A DNA stretch of 64,000 bases from Eledone cirrhosa (taxonomy: Eukaryota), in assembly GCA_964016885.1 (NCBI GenBank), contig OZ024747.1:76136001-76200000 (forward strand), read 5' to 3'. Numbering within the stretch: position 1 is the stretch's first letter; the number at the start of each line of letters is the position of its first letter. Below are positions 41,086 through 55,185 of this stretch, in pieces. The notes under the pieces are model-generated. The model worked only from the letters and a program-made list of their open reading frames with translations, was not told the origin of the DNA and ran no database searches. A program made the translations under genes and the position numbers.

Positions 41086-44000
41086 CTACAGGATGGTATA
41101 CAGAGAAGGCCCATTTACACGAGCCATTCTCGCCACTATCACCCACCTTTCATAAAACTGCCTGTGGCCAAGCACCTCTCTCTCCATTCTTATCCTTCTT
41201 CCGAAGTGATATCGGAAGAAGTAGACCAGACTATGGCCAGAGAGGAAGTTGCCTGACCTCAGACCTTTCAATCGTGTCCACCAAACAACCTCTTTCAACA
41301 TGGCTATTACGCACAGAAAAACCGCCTTTGCTTCCTTTGTGAAGAGGGGAGGCGGTTTGATTGTCATCACGGACTCGGCGGTCAATTTAATCGGCGCCAC
41401 CCGCGACAGCAGTCGTTCGGCGTAGCCCCACAGATCAGCCACGCCCGGACATTGCACCAATGCGTGCGCAACGGTTTCTTCGTGACGCACGCATCTAGGG
41501 CAAATCTTTTTTGTGGGATCCCTGCCCGGGCGCCCGTGTCTGTAGAGCCTCTCTCGAACGGGTAGAGCCCCCCGGTAGCACTGCCAGGCCAGTGACTTCT
41601 GGAAGTTGTCCATTGGTCCTGGGCCGAAAGTCCTACCGAACAGGCTGGCCAGTTCGTCTTCTTCTATGTCCAGCGACTTCCAAGGGTGTCATCGCCCCTG
41701 CTAGCCACCAGCCCTCTATAGAATGATGAGGTGGATTCTCCACCGATGGCCTGGCCCGCTTGCCAGAGAGCCCTGAGCGCCTGAGCACACTCAGTGTGCC
41801 AGTCTCCCAGTTTTCCGGATCTTTGCTTGACCCAGGACTGTAGCTCGGTGAGCGAGACGAGTCTCGGAAAGGCTCGTTTCACGAACGGAGCCCACACCGG
41901 TTGACCAGTGAGGAATACCTGTAGGTGCCGTAGCCTTAATGCGTGCCTACGCATCATCAACCACGGCATCCCCAGCACTCCTTTCGAAGGTTGTTGGCAG
42001 CAGATGGATCTTCTCACCATAGGAGGACGCTTCTTCCAAAGAAATTGGAAGAGCATGCGTTCCATGGTGGTGAGTGTTTCCTTAGGGCAAGGCACGACAG
42101 TCAGGCGGTAGTAAGTGACGGACGCTATGTAAATGTTCGCCACCTCCGCCCGGCCTTTTAGGGACAGCTTACACTTGGCCCATTTCTGGGTTAGTGCAAA
42201 CACCTTGTTCGTAACCTCGTTCCAGTTCTTTTCCACCTGGAGGTCCGGTCCAAACCAGACCCCAAGCAACTTTACCGGGCCCTCCGTCCAGTGTCTGACG
42301 ACACCGTCAGGAGGCATCGGTCTGCCTCTCCACGTTCCGAGTTGCAGCCCGATGGATTTTTCCCGGTTCAGTTTCGCTCCTGACAACCTTTCGTACTCCT
42401 CCAGTAAGGTACCGATCGCCTCGATCTCCGAGTCGGTTGATACCATTACTGTTACGTCATCGGCGTAGGCCGACACCGCTTTGCTCAATCCTGGTTCCGG
42501 GGGGATACCCTGCAACAACTCCAACTTCCTCAGTAAAGGCTCGAGAGTCAATACGTACAGAAGGGAGGAGAGAGGGCACCCCTGTCGAATGGATCGTGTG
42601 ATTTCGAACGGCTTCGAAAGGTAGCCGTTCACCATGATCCTAGAACAGATGTGGTTGCTATGTAGGGCAGTGATCCAGCCTCTGAAAACAGGACCGAACC
42701 CAGCCGCCGCTAGCACCGCATCCAGGTAACCATGGTCGACCCTATCGAAGGCCTTAGACTGATCCAAGTTGATCAGGGCCCCACCGAAGCCGGGTTTGTT
42801 GCCAACCCTCTCTATGATGTATCGCATGAGGTGGAGGTTATCGTGAATGGACCTGGATGGGATAGCACATGTCTGCGCATCTCCCACCAGGCCACCCACG
42901 ACAAGCGCCAACCTCTTTGCTAACACCTTGGCCAAAATCTTTAACTCTGTGTTTAGCAGGGTTATGGGCCGAAAATTATTTATACTATCCCCCTTGTTCT
43001 CGTCCTTCCTCACCAGCGTGACTACGCCCTTGGCTACAGAACAAGGAATTCTCCCGTTCTGCTGCCAATTGCAGTAGACCGCTTCGAGGAGTTCGGAGAA
43101 GAAGACCGGCATTGCTAAATAAAGTTCGTAAGGTATACCATCGAGACCTGGAGAATTGCGTCTGCTGCTCAGCGCATCTCCGATCTCATCAGCCGAGATT
43201 GGTCCCTCGCAGGACTCTGCCTCTTCGTTCGAGAGATGCGGCAGGCCGTCGAGGTATGGACCGAAATCCACGCCCCCGCCCGGACCCTCGCCTCCCCCGA
43301 ACGATCGGGCAAAGTGCCTTTGAAAGGCCTCGCACATCTGCTTAGGCTCCCGGATCACCCGTCCATCTTCGTCTTGCAACGACCGGATGGTGGATCGATT
43401 TCCACTCTTAGCTTCTGTCCCGCGGGCCCATCCAACGGCTTTGGCCCCCTCATTACCTAGAGCACGTATTTTACTTCGAATGACGCAGCCTTCGTGCTTT
43501 GCATCGAAAAACTGGTTCAAGGCCGTCCTCGATGCCAGCACTCTGGCCACATCTTCGCTCTTGATTGCCTCTTCTAATTTACCTGTTAATTCTTTCTCGT
43601 TTCTATTCCTATCGGCAGCTAACATCTTGCTATGACTTATTGATTCTGTTCTAATTTCTCTTTTGAGAGATGCCCACCATCGGTTGTTGACGATTGCACC
43701 CGTCAACCTCTCCTTAACTAATCTGCTAATCCGGTTTCTGTAAGTCTCTTTTGCCGGTAAAGACAAATTAAGTTTCCAGTAACCGGGACCCTGTCTATGT
43801 GTTTTCTCGAGATTGACCACGCAGGTCACTAATTTGTGATCCGTGTAGCCAACCGTGCGCATTTCTGGACAGCTTAATATGTCCCTATCCTTACTTCTAA
43901 CTAAGAATCTATCTAAGTACGATCTAGATTGACCACTGTGGTTTCTCCAAGTCCAGGTAGGCACAGTTGGAAAATCTAGTCGATATCTATCGACCAAGTT

Positions 44001-44516
44001 AAAACGGTCGAGTAACCCCTTGAGGCTGTTACACCCCCCTCTATTAGGACATGCTCCTGCATAGTCCCAACGTGCATCCAGGATGTCATTCCAATCCCCC
44101 GCTAGAAGCAGGGAACGCGACGTTCCCAGAAAAGTCTTCAAACGCTGGAAGAAGTCGGGCCGTTCAGTTCCGAAAGGGGAGTAGACGGCGACCAGTCTCA
44201 AGGCCGCACTTTCACTACTGCCAACGTCTAGCACCAACAAACGACCCTCCGGGTCCGAGTGCACAACCTGTACGGCAAGACCCAGGTGTTTTTGCAGCAG
44301 TACGACAACCCCACCCCCACCTCCAGGTTGACAGAGAGATGCATGCACCTCAAAGTCATCGAAGGTGGGGGCCAGCTGCCGCACGACGCTGATTCGAGTC
44401 TCACAGATAACCATTACATTTATACTACATGACCTGAGGTCATTTAGAAGCTTTGCTTGCTTCCAAGTTGAGCCCAGGCCACGTGCATTCAAACATCCTA
44501 CTCTTAACACATCCAT
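41086..44516 (-). pseudogene. Tx1-clade (L1 group) LINE ORF2: APE endonuclease + reverse transcriptase + C-terminal zinc-binding domain, with one frameshift near 41678
   Basis: 950-aa ORF 44516-41664 with APE motifs (LNARGL, ICETR, GDWND, SYLDRFL, TDH) and RT motifs (SPGLDGIP, FRPITLLN, DQSKAFDRVDH, IRQGCPLS, AYADDV). It continues in another frame to 41086 with CPRC...EETVAHALVQC. Comparison with the second copy (DDALGEALDMEED) indicates a 1-bp deletion. Confidence 0.93.
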
Positions 44517-44549
44517 GTGGGCGGCAGAGCCAAAGGAGAGTGTAGAGAC

Positions 44550-46100
44550 CTACCTTTCCGCTTCCCGGGGTTCGGGTTGCACGACTTCCATGGGGTCGGG
44601 GGTGTTGGGTGAAGGGGTGTCTTGTGGTGGTGTGGGGTCGTCAGTGTGTGGTGGGGTTGGGGTGTTTGGAGTTGTGTTGGGGAGGGGAAGGGGAGGGGGA
44701 AAGCTTTTTAGTAGGACGCGGTTTATGGGTTTGACAGAGGGTGGTCCTACGTCCTCCTTAAAATCCTTTTTTAGATTTTGGTAGAGGTTCATTGGGATCT
44801 TTATTAGTTTTAAATGTGGGTAGTTTTCTGACGAAACAAAGCTTACACCTTCGGTTTGTACCGAAGGATTATTGTATATGAGCTCATTTAATTTATTATT
44901 GTTTCTGTTGATGTAAGTATAGTGTAATGTCTTTTTTTCCGATGGTGTGAGTGTTTCGAAGAGGGGAGGGGCAGGTTTGGTTTTGTTTGTTGCTGGAGGG
45001 GTGTTTTCTGTTTTGTTGGATTGTGTTGAGATTTGGGTGGGGGTTGTTTGTCCTTGTGTGTTTTGCACATGTTTTCTATTTTTCCTTTTAATCTGTCTGA
45101 AGGACTCCGTTTCTTCCTCCGAATTCGTTGGGTTATCTTCAGTGTTGGAGGGAAGAGTATGTTTGCTGGTAATGTTTCCGTGTTGGTTTTCTTTGTGGGG
45201 GAGATGGATGTCACTATGTTAGACTATGTTGTGTGTTGTGTCTGCGGTGGTTGTGTTGTTTTATTGAGTGAGAGGTTGGGTGGGCCTGTATTTTGTTTTG
45301 GGGTAATGTGTTGTGACTGTTTGTGTTGTGGTGGTGTTGTGGTTTTACTGAGGGACGGGTTGGGTGGGACTGAGTTTTGTTGTTTGTTTATCTGTTGTGG
45401 TGGTGGTGGTGGAGCTGGTGTTGGTAGCAGGGTTTTCTTTTTTGTTGAGTTGGGGACAAGCGGCCTTCAGGTGCCCTCTGCCTGCACAGATATGGCAGGA
45501 CGGCCTTCTCCCCTCCACGCTAATGTTTATATACCCATGGTCCTCTAATAGCATTCTGTCGGGTATTTGGGCGATGCGTTCAGGCTTCATTTGTACTACC
45601 AGCTCTATACCTGTTCCACTGAACGCATTGCCTGTGGTTTTCCCAATGGAAATCACGTTGTCATTCACTGGATCGATGAAGCCAGCTATGAGCCAGCAGT
45701 AGTCCACATCTGGCATCATTGCATCCAGCCATATGCGTTGAGTTCTTTTCCCCATATAAGATGGATAAAAGGTGACATTTTTCGAACGAATCGGTGACAA
45801 AGCACATTTTTTTGCCGCCGATTCGTTCTTCATGATAATTGCTAGGCTTCCATACAGTCTGTCTTTTCTTATGAAAGTGGTATCATTAAGTACTTCTGTG
45901 AGTACTGTTTTGATATCTGCTTGAGAAGGCTGTTCAGGTTTTTTTGTACTGTTGTTGATGGTCCGAAACTTGACCGTTCGGCTTTCAATGTCTTTCGTGA
46001 ATTCTTGAGGCATTTTTACCGATAAAATACCATTCTCTCCTTCACTTATGTATTGTTTGGCGTCCGTGATCCTTCGTACCACATCTGAAATGTTTTCCGC
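44550..46100 (-). pseudogene. Tx1 LINE ORF1 (gag-like, CCHC zinc knuckle, Pro/Thr-rich tail), disrupted and 5'-truncated
   Basis: ORF 46082-45345 contains CHICAGRGHLKAAC (CX2CX4HX4C). The frame is open right up to the (GATA)n tract with no ATG. Low-complexity P/T/Q-rich pieces continue in shifted frames to TAG at 44552-44550. Confidence 0.8.
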
Positions 46101-46101
46101 T

Positions 46102-46159
<58 letters not shown>

Positions 46160-46160
46160 G

Positions 46161-46237
<77 letters not shown>

Positions 46238-46252
46238 ATAGATGGATAGATA
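46102..46252. repeat. (GATA)n microsatellite
   Basis: Direct reading. Confidence 0.98.
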
Positions 46253-46464
46253 GAGAAGGATATATGCACGAATTTGTAGGGAGAATTATATTTTTATATC
46301 AAAATATATATTCTGCTTGCAAAGCTTACTTTTAATATACTGGAAATATTTACACTTAAATATTACTTTTGAAAGAATGAAAGATTACAATGTTTAGTAT
46401 TAACCAATAGTATTTGAGCTAATTAAGGTGTAAGATGACTGAACTAATTATATTGTCGTCTATT

Positions 46465-46545
<81 letters not shown>

Positions 46546-47138
46546 GATATATACTTGTGTGTGTGTATGTGTATTTGTGCGTGTGCATGTGTGTGTGAAT
46601 AACAAAGCAAACCATACAGAACAATAAAGAAATATATTATTTTAACACTTGACATAATAAGAAAAGTGTCTTAACGTTTTGGAAAATATTCCATCCTCAG
46701 AATAAAGAGTGAGGCGAGGAGGTAACGGTAAAAATAAAGAAAGAAAAAACACAAGTACGTATTCAGCCATATATATATATATATAGGTATACAGTTTTTT
46801 CCGTTGTGTTGTAATATAAGTATTACACACAGTAGATTATCAGCTCACGTAGAGTTTGCTCGACGGTTCCAGTTGTAGTTCCAAAAGTAATCAAAAGTAT
46901 ATATATAGGTAGGTAGATAGATAGATGAAGGCCAGTCAAGCCTTAAATTCATAGACGGTTGTCCCCCTGGCTTCTGCTGGACACCACCAGAGGGTGCTAG
47001 CCCCGGTGTTTACATAGCTACGGCTTACTAAATGTTTCCTGTAAACATACCGTGTTTCATTAGAAATACGAAATTTCTATACATATCTGTATAAAGCTAT
47101 GATTGAAGCGAAATCCTATTTCTATATATATATATATA

Positions 47139-47335
<197 letters not shown>

Positions 47336-47401
47336 ATATATATGTTTTTATATGTCTCTTGTGTTGAAAAGGAGGTCAAGTATGTAAAAATCACTAAATA
47401 G

Positions 47402-47450
47402 TTGCTCCGAAGAATCCAAACCTCGGTTTGGAGGAAACAATCGTAAGCAA
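47402..47450 (+). ncRNA. Type I hammerhead-like motif, CCGAAGA core variant
   Basis: TTGCT-CCGAAGA-a-TCCAAACC-TC-GGTTTGGA-g-GAAAC-AATC-GTA-AGCAA, followed by AATAAA. Confidence 0.65.
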
Positions 47451-47499
47451 ATAAATGATTTAAACTGAACTTTGATTCATGTAATTTCTCTCTCTCTCT

Positions 47500-47549
<50 letters not shown>

Positions 47550-48130
47550 TCTATAATAGAGACTAGTTTATTCCGGTTTACGTCTACCGCTATCTATGAG
47601 AGAAACAATTATTGCATAAATGATAAAATAGGAATTGTGACGTTTTGATTTTACCAGGGGCAATATATACACAATTGAATGATCTATTCAAACACAGGAA
47701 TCGTAGACTATGATACATCTTGCCTCCATTTTATACACCAAGTATATTTCATGTAGGTGGACATTTACTGTTTTTTCGTGATAATATCACCTTGATCACC
47801 TTGACCGACCAGTCTGTCGGGCGTCCATTCGGCGCCGCTGGTCACATAATATATCTAGGAGCAAGTTATTCATGTATCACTATGTTTATTAAACCAGTGT
47901 AGAAGGATCTTTAGTTGGTTTGTTTAATATTACCACCAGACCCATTGTCCAAACAGAGACTCCCTCGTTTAGGAAGAGGAGAAATATTTTGTTACATGTA
48001 GTGAACACATTTCAACTACAATGTCTTTTCTGGTTGTTATTTCGTGTCAACAGAATATATAGCATTCTAAACAAACACACACACAGACTCACATGCATAC
48101 ACACATGGACGTTCCCACACACACACACAC

Positions 48131-48215
<85 letters not shown>

Positions 48216-48223
48216 CGTATATA

Positions 48224-48269
<46 letters not shown>

Positions 48270-48530
48270 TGTGTGTCTTTGTGTGTGTGTATCCATGTAT
48301 ATTTATATTAATGTGAAACAGCATTAATGTCCAACCTACTCTAATACTCTATCGAACATTCTCTACTTCTATCTCCCGCCATTATGTTCACTGTATTCTC
48401 TCGTCATTTCTCGTACAAATTCGAAGAGGTTAATATTCGAATTACTCATCTTGTGATTTGCAACTAAATGTGCCATTTCGTTTCACTTACATTATACCAC
48501 ATATGGGTCTCTAGATGATATATTTTTGCG

Positions 48531-48578
<48 letters not shown>

Positions 48579-48611
48579 ACACACACACGCACACACACAC
48601 AAACACACACA

Positions 48612-48704
<93 letters not shown>

Positions 48705-49048
48705 TTGATGTAACAATCGCTCTCTATTTTGTTTTTCATTCGAACCCTTCGCATCGAATTTTTGAAAAATAAATTTATTATTTATTTATTTTAGCATCTA
48801 TTATATTGCTTTGAAATTCTAATGGCAAATCCTCTTGCTAGTTGTAGGCAATAACAGACAAATATTCAATGAAATGGATAGGATGTGGAATGTGAGTGGC
48901 AGCGAACATCATCTCTTTTATCTTTTCAAAACCATTCGGTCTGGAACTAAATATAGGCAATAAAATATTGCTAGAAAAATATTTTTTAAGCTATAGTAGC
49001 TGTAACGCGCACACAAACAAGCGCACAAACACACGCGAGCACATACAC

Positions 49049-49080
<32 letters not shown>

Positions 49081-49510
49081 GGATGCGTGCAATACATATT
49101 TAGGTATGCTTTCGTATACATATATATGTGTGTATATGTGTGTGCGTATATGTGATTGTATATGTGGTTGTATATGTATGTGTGCATGTATGTGTCTGAG
49201 TGTGTGCGTATATGTTTTTGTGTCTCTGGGTGTGAATAAATACGGTAACTGTACTGAGTGTGCATATAGTCATGAATAAGAGAACTCAATATTGTGTGCA
49301 GAGTGACAGTTATCTTGATTATTGAAATATTCATAATAACACGATGACTTTCAATGCAATCTTTTGTGATATTTCTTTGGTACTTCGGCCCTTTTAAAAG
49401 AAATATGATCTTCTTTCTATGGAATATAGCGTCAGAAAATATTTCGATGATAGTAGTGCGTGAGTCTTTTTGCATCTCTATATTTGTCTTGTCAATACTT
49501 TAACTACATG

Positions 49511-49589
<79 letters not shown>

Positions 49590-49595
<6 letters not shown>

Positions 49596-50022
49596 CAATA
49601 TGTAGAAAAGATAACACACCAGAGTATGGAATCTATAGCCCTTGGAAGGCAAAGACACAATAATTAAAAGTATATAACGATAAATTTATCGTTATATATA
49701 TATAATGATAAATTAACGGAGCTATAGACTCTTGCCATTCCCTGTCATTAATGAGCTCAAGGGAGAAGGAATCCCGAGCCCTTTATAATACAATATGTAG
49801 AAAAGATAACACACCAAATTAGTTGGTGAAACAGATCCTTTTGGATTTGTACGTGTGTGTTAGATAGTTATCAAGGTATGTGTTTGCACTTTGATTTATA
49901 CTTTTAATTATTGTGTCTTTGCCTTCCAAGAGCTATAGATTCCATACAATGGTGGTTTTTCCCTGTTTGACTGATGGCGCACTGTCTCTTTCTCTCTGGT
50001 GTGTTATCTTTTCTACATATTG

Positions 50023-50028
<6 letters not shown>
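49590..50028. repeat. Rearranged TA-flanked element with inverted and direct partial copies
   Basis: ATAATACAATATGTAGAAAAGATAACACACCA at ~49590 and ~49785, and inverted at ~49996-50028. GTATGGAATCTATAGC...TAAAAGTATA is inverted at ~49897-49947. Confidence 0.85.
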
Positions 50029-50059
<31 letters not shown>

Positions 50060-50273
50060 GAAAAATTGAACAGGGACAGAACAGAGAGGCAGTACGATAA
50101 ATGTTTATTAAATTCACGCTCAGGAGAGTGGGGGGTAGGTGGATATATATATATATATATAAGTTTTAATATAGTTCTAGTCCTGTAGAAGCTCTTCTAT
50201 ATTAAAACATTTCTTCTACTCTGCTATGTATTGAGTACCTTACTGTGGTTACCTCCGATTCAACCCGGAATAA

Positions 50274-50348
<75 letters not shown>

Positions 50349-51049
50349 GATGTCTTTGTCAATAATAAATTTACAAAATTTTAGTTGATAGTGGCCCGTG
50401 CGAACCAACTTTGGTGTGACCTCACCGTTACTGCATTCTTTTTTGGGGGGGAGGGGGGGGCTACTAATATACGTACTATCCCTATTAGAAACAAACAGAC
50501 ATTAACAATGTTAGATTATTCAGTCCAAATGTAATCAATATATATATAACATGTAACTTTGTGCAGCCCATAACACCCAGTGATTTCCCCGTTCATTTAT
50601 TTGTATATTATTTCATTTTAATTCTTCAATCCAACTTTATATTTTGTGTGATATTTTCAATATCCAGTCTAGATAAATTGTATAATTTATAAATATCTTG
50701 ATTTAATTCAGAATATTTTTACTTTTCATTTTTATTATTTTAACTTATATACTCCCGCTGAAATTAGCTTTGAAAATGAGTAACAGCAATATCATGGGAT
50801 TTTAACCTGCGATGGACTGGCGTCTTGTCCAGGCGGAATAGTCTTGTACTCTCAGTCACTTAACGGCACTGAAACCGGAATAAGCAGCGGCCTAATGAGC
50901 CTTCGCGTTCGTGGCAGTCTTTAGACTTTACTATCACTGTAATAATAAAGATCCAACTTAAATACTCCTTACACAATTCTATGACTAATTAATTTAATAA
51001 ACTTTTGGGGCTATCTTCCCATGGCTTTTTTACTTTTACAAGAATTTGA

Positions 51050-52250
51050 TATTGATTATTCTACACCATAAAATCATTCTTGGTTTGCTGAATCAAAGAT
51101 GCTAACAGGTTCTTTACTATTGATCGGTTGGCGTTCAGTTCGAGCATTTGTAAATATATGCTTGTAAATAAACGTTGACGGGAGGCGATTAGAGGTAATA
51201 TCAATAATTGAATAAAAAGATTTGGAAATTTTGTGTGGGATGAGGGATGTAACATCTATGACAGGAATATGAGACACTGGTTCGGAGGATAAGCAGTCTT
51301 CAAATCCAGAGTCTTATAGAAGAGTTAGCGCACGCGGAGATGAATCGTGAGCGTTTATTTCCTTGGCCTACGTCTCTCAGTCATTGTATTTAAATATAAC
51401 TACATTGAGAATTAGTTCCTGAGTACTTTTCATGGTCTTATTTTCGAAGATTCTTCTTATTTCACATTATCTGACAGTGGTTAACGTAATCAGTCATTTA
51501 GTTTAGCCCCACATTTCGACACCACAATGCATTTAGCCGAGTCTGTGATATTGTAAGCATATGAGTCTCCGGTTTGAGGATTACCTCTTTCTTCCCTATT
51601 TGAACCTAGTCTGAATCCATAAAAGGGGTTATGGACTCTTTCTTTTTCTCTCCGTCACAGACAGTGCTATATACGTGGTACATGTGTGGTATCTACTGCA
51701 AGAGATTGTCGAATATTTGGTGCCATTTTCATTCATCTATAAACGACTGGAAGAGATATTTTTGACTAAGAGTTATATTTGCAGTAGTAAAAGCCATACA
51801 TTGAAGTAAATGTCATATCTATTTGCTTTATATTGGATGCCTTTCGGAAACATTTTCTTAAATAGATATAACTTATAATCTGAAACATATTTCATAAAGA
51901 TCTATTAATCTACAGAGGATATATATTAGGTGAAATAAGATAAGAAGCTTAATAATGTTTATTACTTTAGTTATTTCTTTCGAGGCTTTTTATCTTTCCA
52001 TAAAACGAATTTTGTTTTAATAGAAAGATGTCGGTTTCCTTATTATAGAAGGGGTTTTAGTATGATCCATTTAATCTTATTTTTTTGTTGTTCCATAGAG
52101 ATTGTAAAATTCCTTAGGCTTCTTGTTTGGTACACTTAAATTTAATACAAAGTTTGATGTCATAACGTTGTCCCATGTTTCCTTGAATCTTACAATATGC
52201 TGACAGCTCGGTGAATCGGATCACCCTGGTTCCAACATCTACGCCAGTGC
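51050..52250 (-). pseudogene. Heavily decayed Penelope-like (possibly Naiad-type) reverse transcriptase remnant
   Basis: Broken minus-strand frames give, in the expected order, a GLYRDD-like relic (GTGGGGCTAAACTAAATGAC, ~51495-51512), NFYKTLDLKTAY (resembling NFLDVTLDL.T..Y), IP...VTSLIP, and SNRLPST...KHIFTNA. Recognised by eye only. Confidence 0.5.
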
Positions 52251-55185
52251 GCTCTAACCTATACAGATATGAAGTTGACAGTGAGTCATGTTATATAACA
52301 TATTGAAATCTACTTAGCCATGATTTAACATTCTAATTGAATGATATGTAATACCTCTTCGGAAAGTTTCTCATTACTTATTGAACATACCACAAAATCT
52401 ATTTTGATATTAAAAAGTGAAAGCCAGAAAAGTGCATTATCTTATTAAGAAAGGAAAAACATTTATACAACTTTCAGATCTTTCAATCATTTTGTTAAAT
52501 CTTAAATTGTCACTTGCTTTATGATTCAAATTTAATTTCCTCGTCATCAGTTCCAAATTTAGAGATGATTATATCACTCTTCTTTATTTGTTTAATTTTT
52601 ATTCACAATTGAAATTGAGTTGAAATCAGAAAACTATATTTATAAACAGAATTGTGTGTCTGCGAAAGAAAATAACTAATTCAGGTATGAAAATAAAACT
52701 ATTTTTTAAAATGAAAATCTAATTACTTTCACATCAACATTGCTGCAAAGATTATAAAGATATTTGTAATCTTGAGAAAATATAATAAACGAAAATACAA
52801 CTGATTTGTTGATCGTATACATGTAAATGAAACTAGTTTATGAATAAATAAACAACAATCTGAAAAAGTATCAAGAACGTTAACTAGAGAATAGAAATGA
52901 GACAGAAAGTAGTTTAAAGTGTTGGGAGTTAAGTAAAAGTGTGTTGACTTCGGCAACAAGTGAATAATAGTATACGGATTTTTATTACTACAAATGTATT
53001 AATGAAACCACGAATAAACGCAGAATTCTTCAGATTGTTAGCTTTTTGTAGAGCGGTGTATTAGTAGTATCGGTAGACCATCGGAAATCATGCTTTACGT
53101 ACTGAGTTCAAATCCTGTCGATAAATCCATACGGGGGCGATAAAACAAACCACCAGTTTCGCACTGGGGTCGATTTAATCGACTTTCACCTCTCCCCAAA
53201 TTATTTATTTGGTGCCTAAATCAGAAACCCTTACAAAAATGTTGTTTATATTAAATGTTTCTATTACCTCTCAAATTATCCGATTTAGGGAATCTGGGGT
53301 TGTTCTTAGTGAGATTAGAAAAATTAATTAAAGTTTAAACACGGTATTAACATAATTCTCAAAAAGTGTTTTATAGAGACTACGACGAGATCGTTCATGT
53401 TATGACTTCGCTTCTTCAGTTAAAGGAATATAATATCGCAACGAACTTTATATCTGTATACATTGAAAGAAGGCATATGATAAAAAACGTATTTTGCAAG
53501 GATAGATAATACGTTGTTTCAGTGTGTCATGATTATAGCAATTAACGTAGAAGTATTTTCTGGTGTTAATGGAATAGAAATGTCCCATATCCTTTATTAA
53601 GACATTGTAAAGCGCCAAGGAAAACTCACCATGAGGAATAATATATTTCTTTAATATACGAATATACACAACGACGAGAATTATTCAGCACAAATTCTGG
53701 ACAGTCGTGCTGCTGTTGTGAACTGCATTGAAATTGATACGAAATCTCAATCAGTTCTATGAGTTATGTTAGGTTGAACAGATTGAAAACTGGAGTATAA
53801 TAAACTCTACCGAATGAAATAGTCTTGGGAATGCAGTAGAACATAAACCAATGAAAATTAGATTGTAAATCATGTAATAGTTTTTTATATATAATTTACA
53901 GTACAAGTTGAATAAATCTCTGAGGCTTCAGTATTTAACTCTTTTACTGTGAAACCGTATTTGCTATATAACAATTAGAAAAAATAAGAATTAATCAATT
54001 AGGATATATCTGCAGCTATGAGCCTTTCGTCTAACCCTAGTCAGCTGCTTGTATTGTCTGATATTATGGGTCACTCAGATGAATATTTTCTTCTGTAATT
54101 TGAACTAGATATATGTCGCTAATATTTGAGAGTATTGAACATTATGTATGTATGGAACCACAACTCCTTAAAGTGTCACTTAAGACTGAAAGGTAAAGCT
54201 AACCTCGACAGGATTTGAACTCATAACGCACTTCACCGTAACTATATGCCACAAAGGATGTTTTCGATGCACTACAGATATTGCCACACAAAAAAATAAG
54301 ATTGAAAATTAGTTTCTTTAAACTGCTCATGAAATGGGAGATACAACATTGACTACATCAGTACAGATATGTTACCAGTAATACGTTCGATAAATGTTGG
54401 TCATCTGGCGAGATAAGATACATAACATTTCAAATATGGAAGATCATCCTGCCACTACCAGCAGGATGGTAATTCAGAGCACAGTAAGTTAGAAAAAATA
54501 CCACCATTCACTCTCTCTGTCATGAGTATGACAATCGAACTCATTTTTATTTTGTACATTATTATTGTAATATCTATAAAAAGAAATAAGACATTACTTT
54601 TTGCGAATTGTGGGGCAACATTTTGAACCATATTAGAACAGTCTTATGAATTATTCAATGTTCATTATTAAATTATTATAATAATCATACAGAGGAGTCT
54701 TATGTTTGTTATATTCTATATTTATAACACTTCATTACAGACCTTTATTGCAGCAAGTGTGAAACGTATATATTTATATTAAATATGTAAATACTCAGTT
54801 TGTTTATCTCTTAAATATAAAGTTAAAATGATGTAATGTTTATTTTTTTCCATCATCATCATAGCCATCTCTTTTATACTTTGTTTCTTAACAGTCATTC
54901 ATGAGTCACTAGTGTAGTGTCACATGGGATTATATGTACAATGATGTGGAACACAAAACACGCCTGAAAAACTTATGCAGACAGCAAACCTTTGAAATGC
55001 CATTATACTTATGTAAAAAATAATATCAGAATAAAGACATTAAAAGGTGAATACTTGACGAAAATAGAAAATAATAATGAGTGAAATAGAAAGATCGAAT
55101 GTGACAAACACGGGAGTAGTGGTGGCTGGAAATAGATATAAAAATAACCGTTTATTATATTTGTACACATATATAACATATCTAA

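Larger units (their letters stand above)
40871..46100 (-). mobile_element. Near full-length Tx1-clade non-LTR retrotransposon inserted in a (GATA)n/(TATC)n microsatellite
   Basis: ORF1 + ORF2 + 3' UTR ending AATAAAGAAA directly followed by (TCTA)n. (GATA)n tracts lie at 40813-40870 and 46102-46252. Confidence 0.92.
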
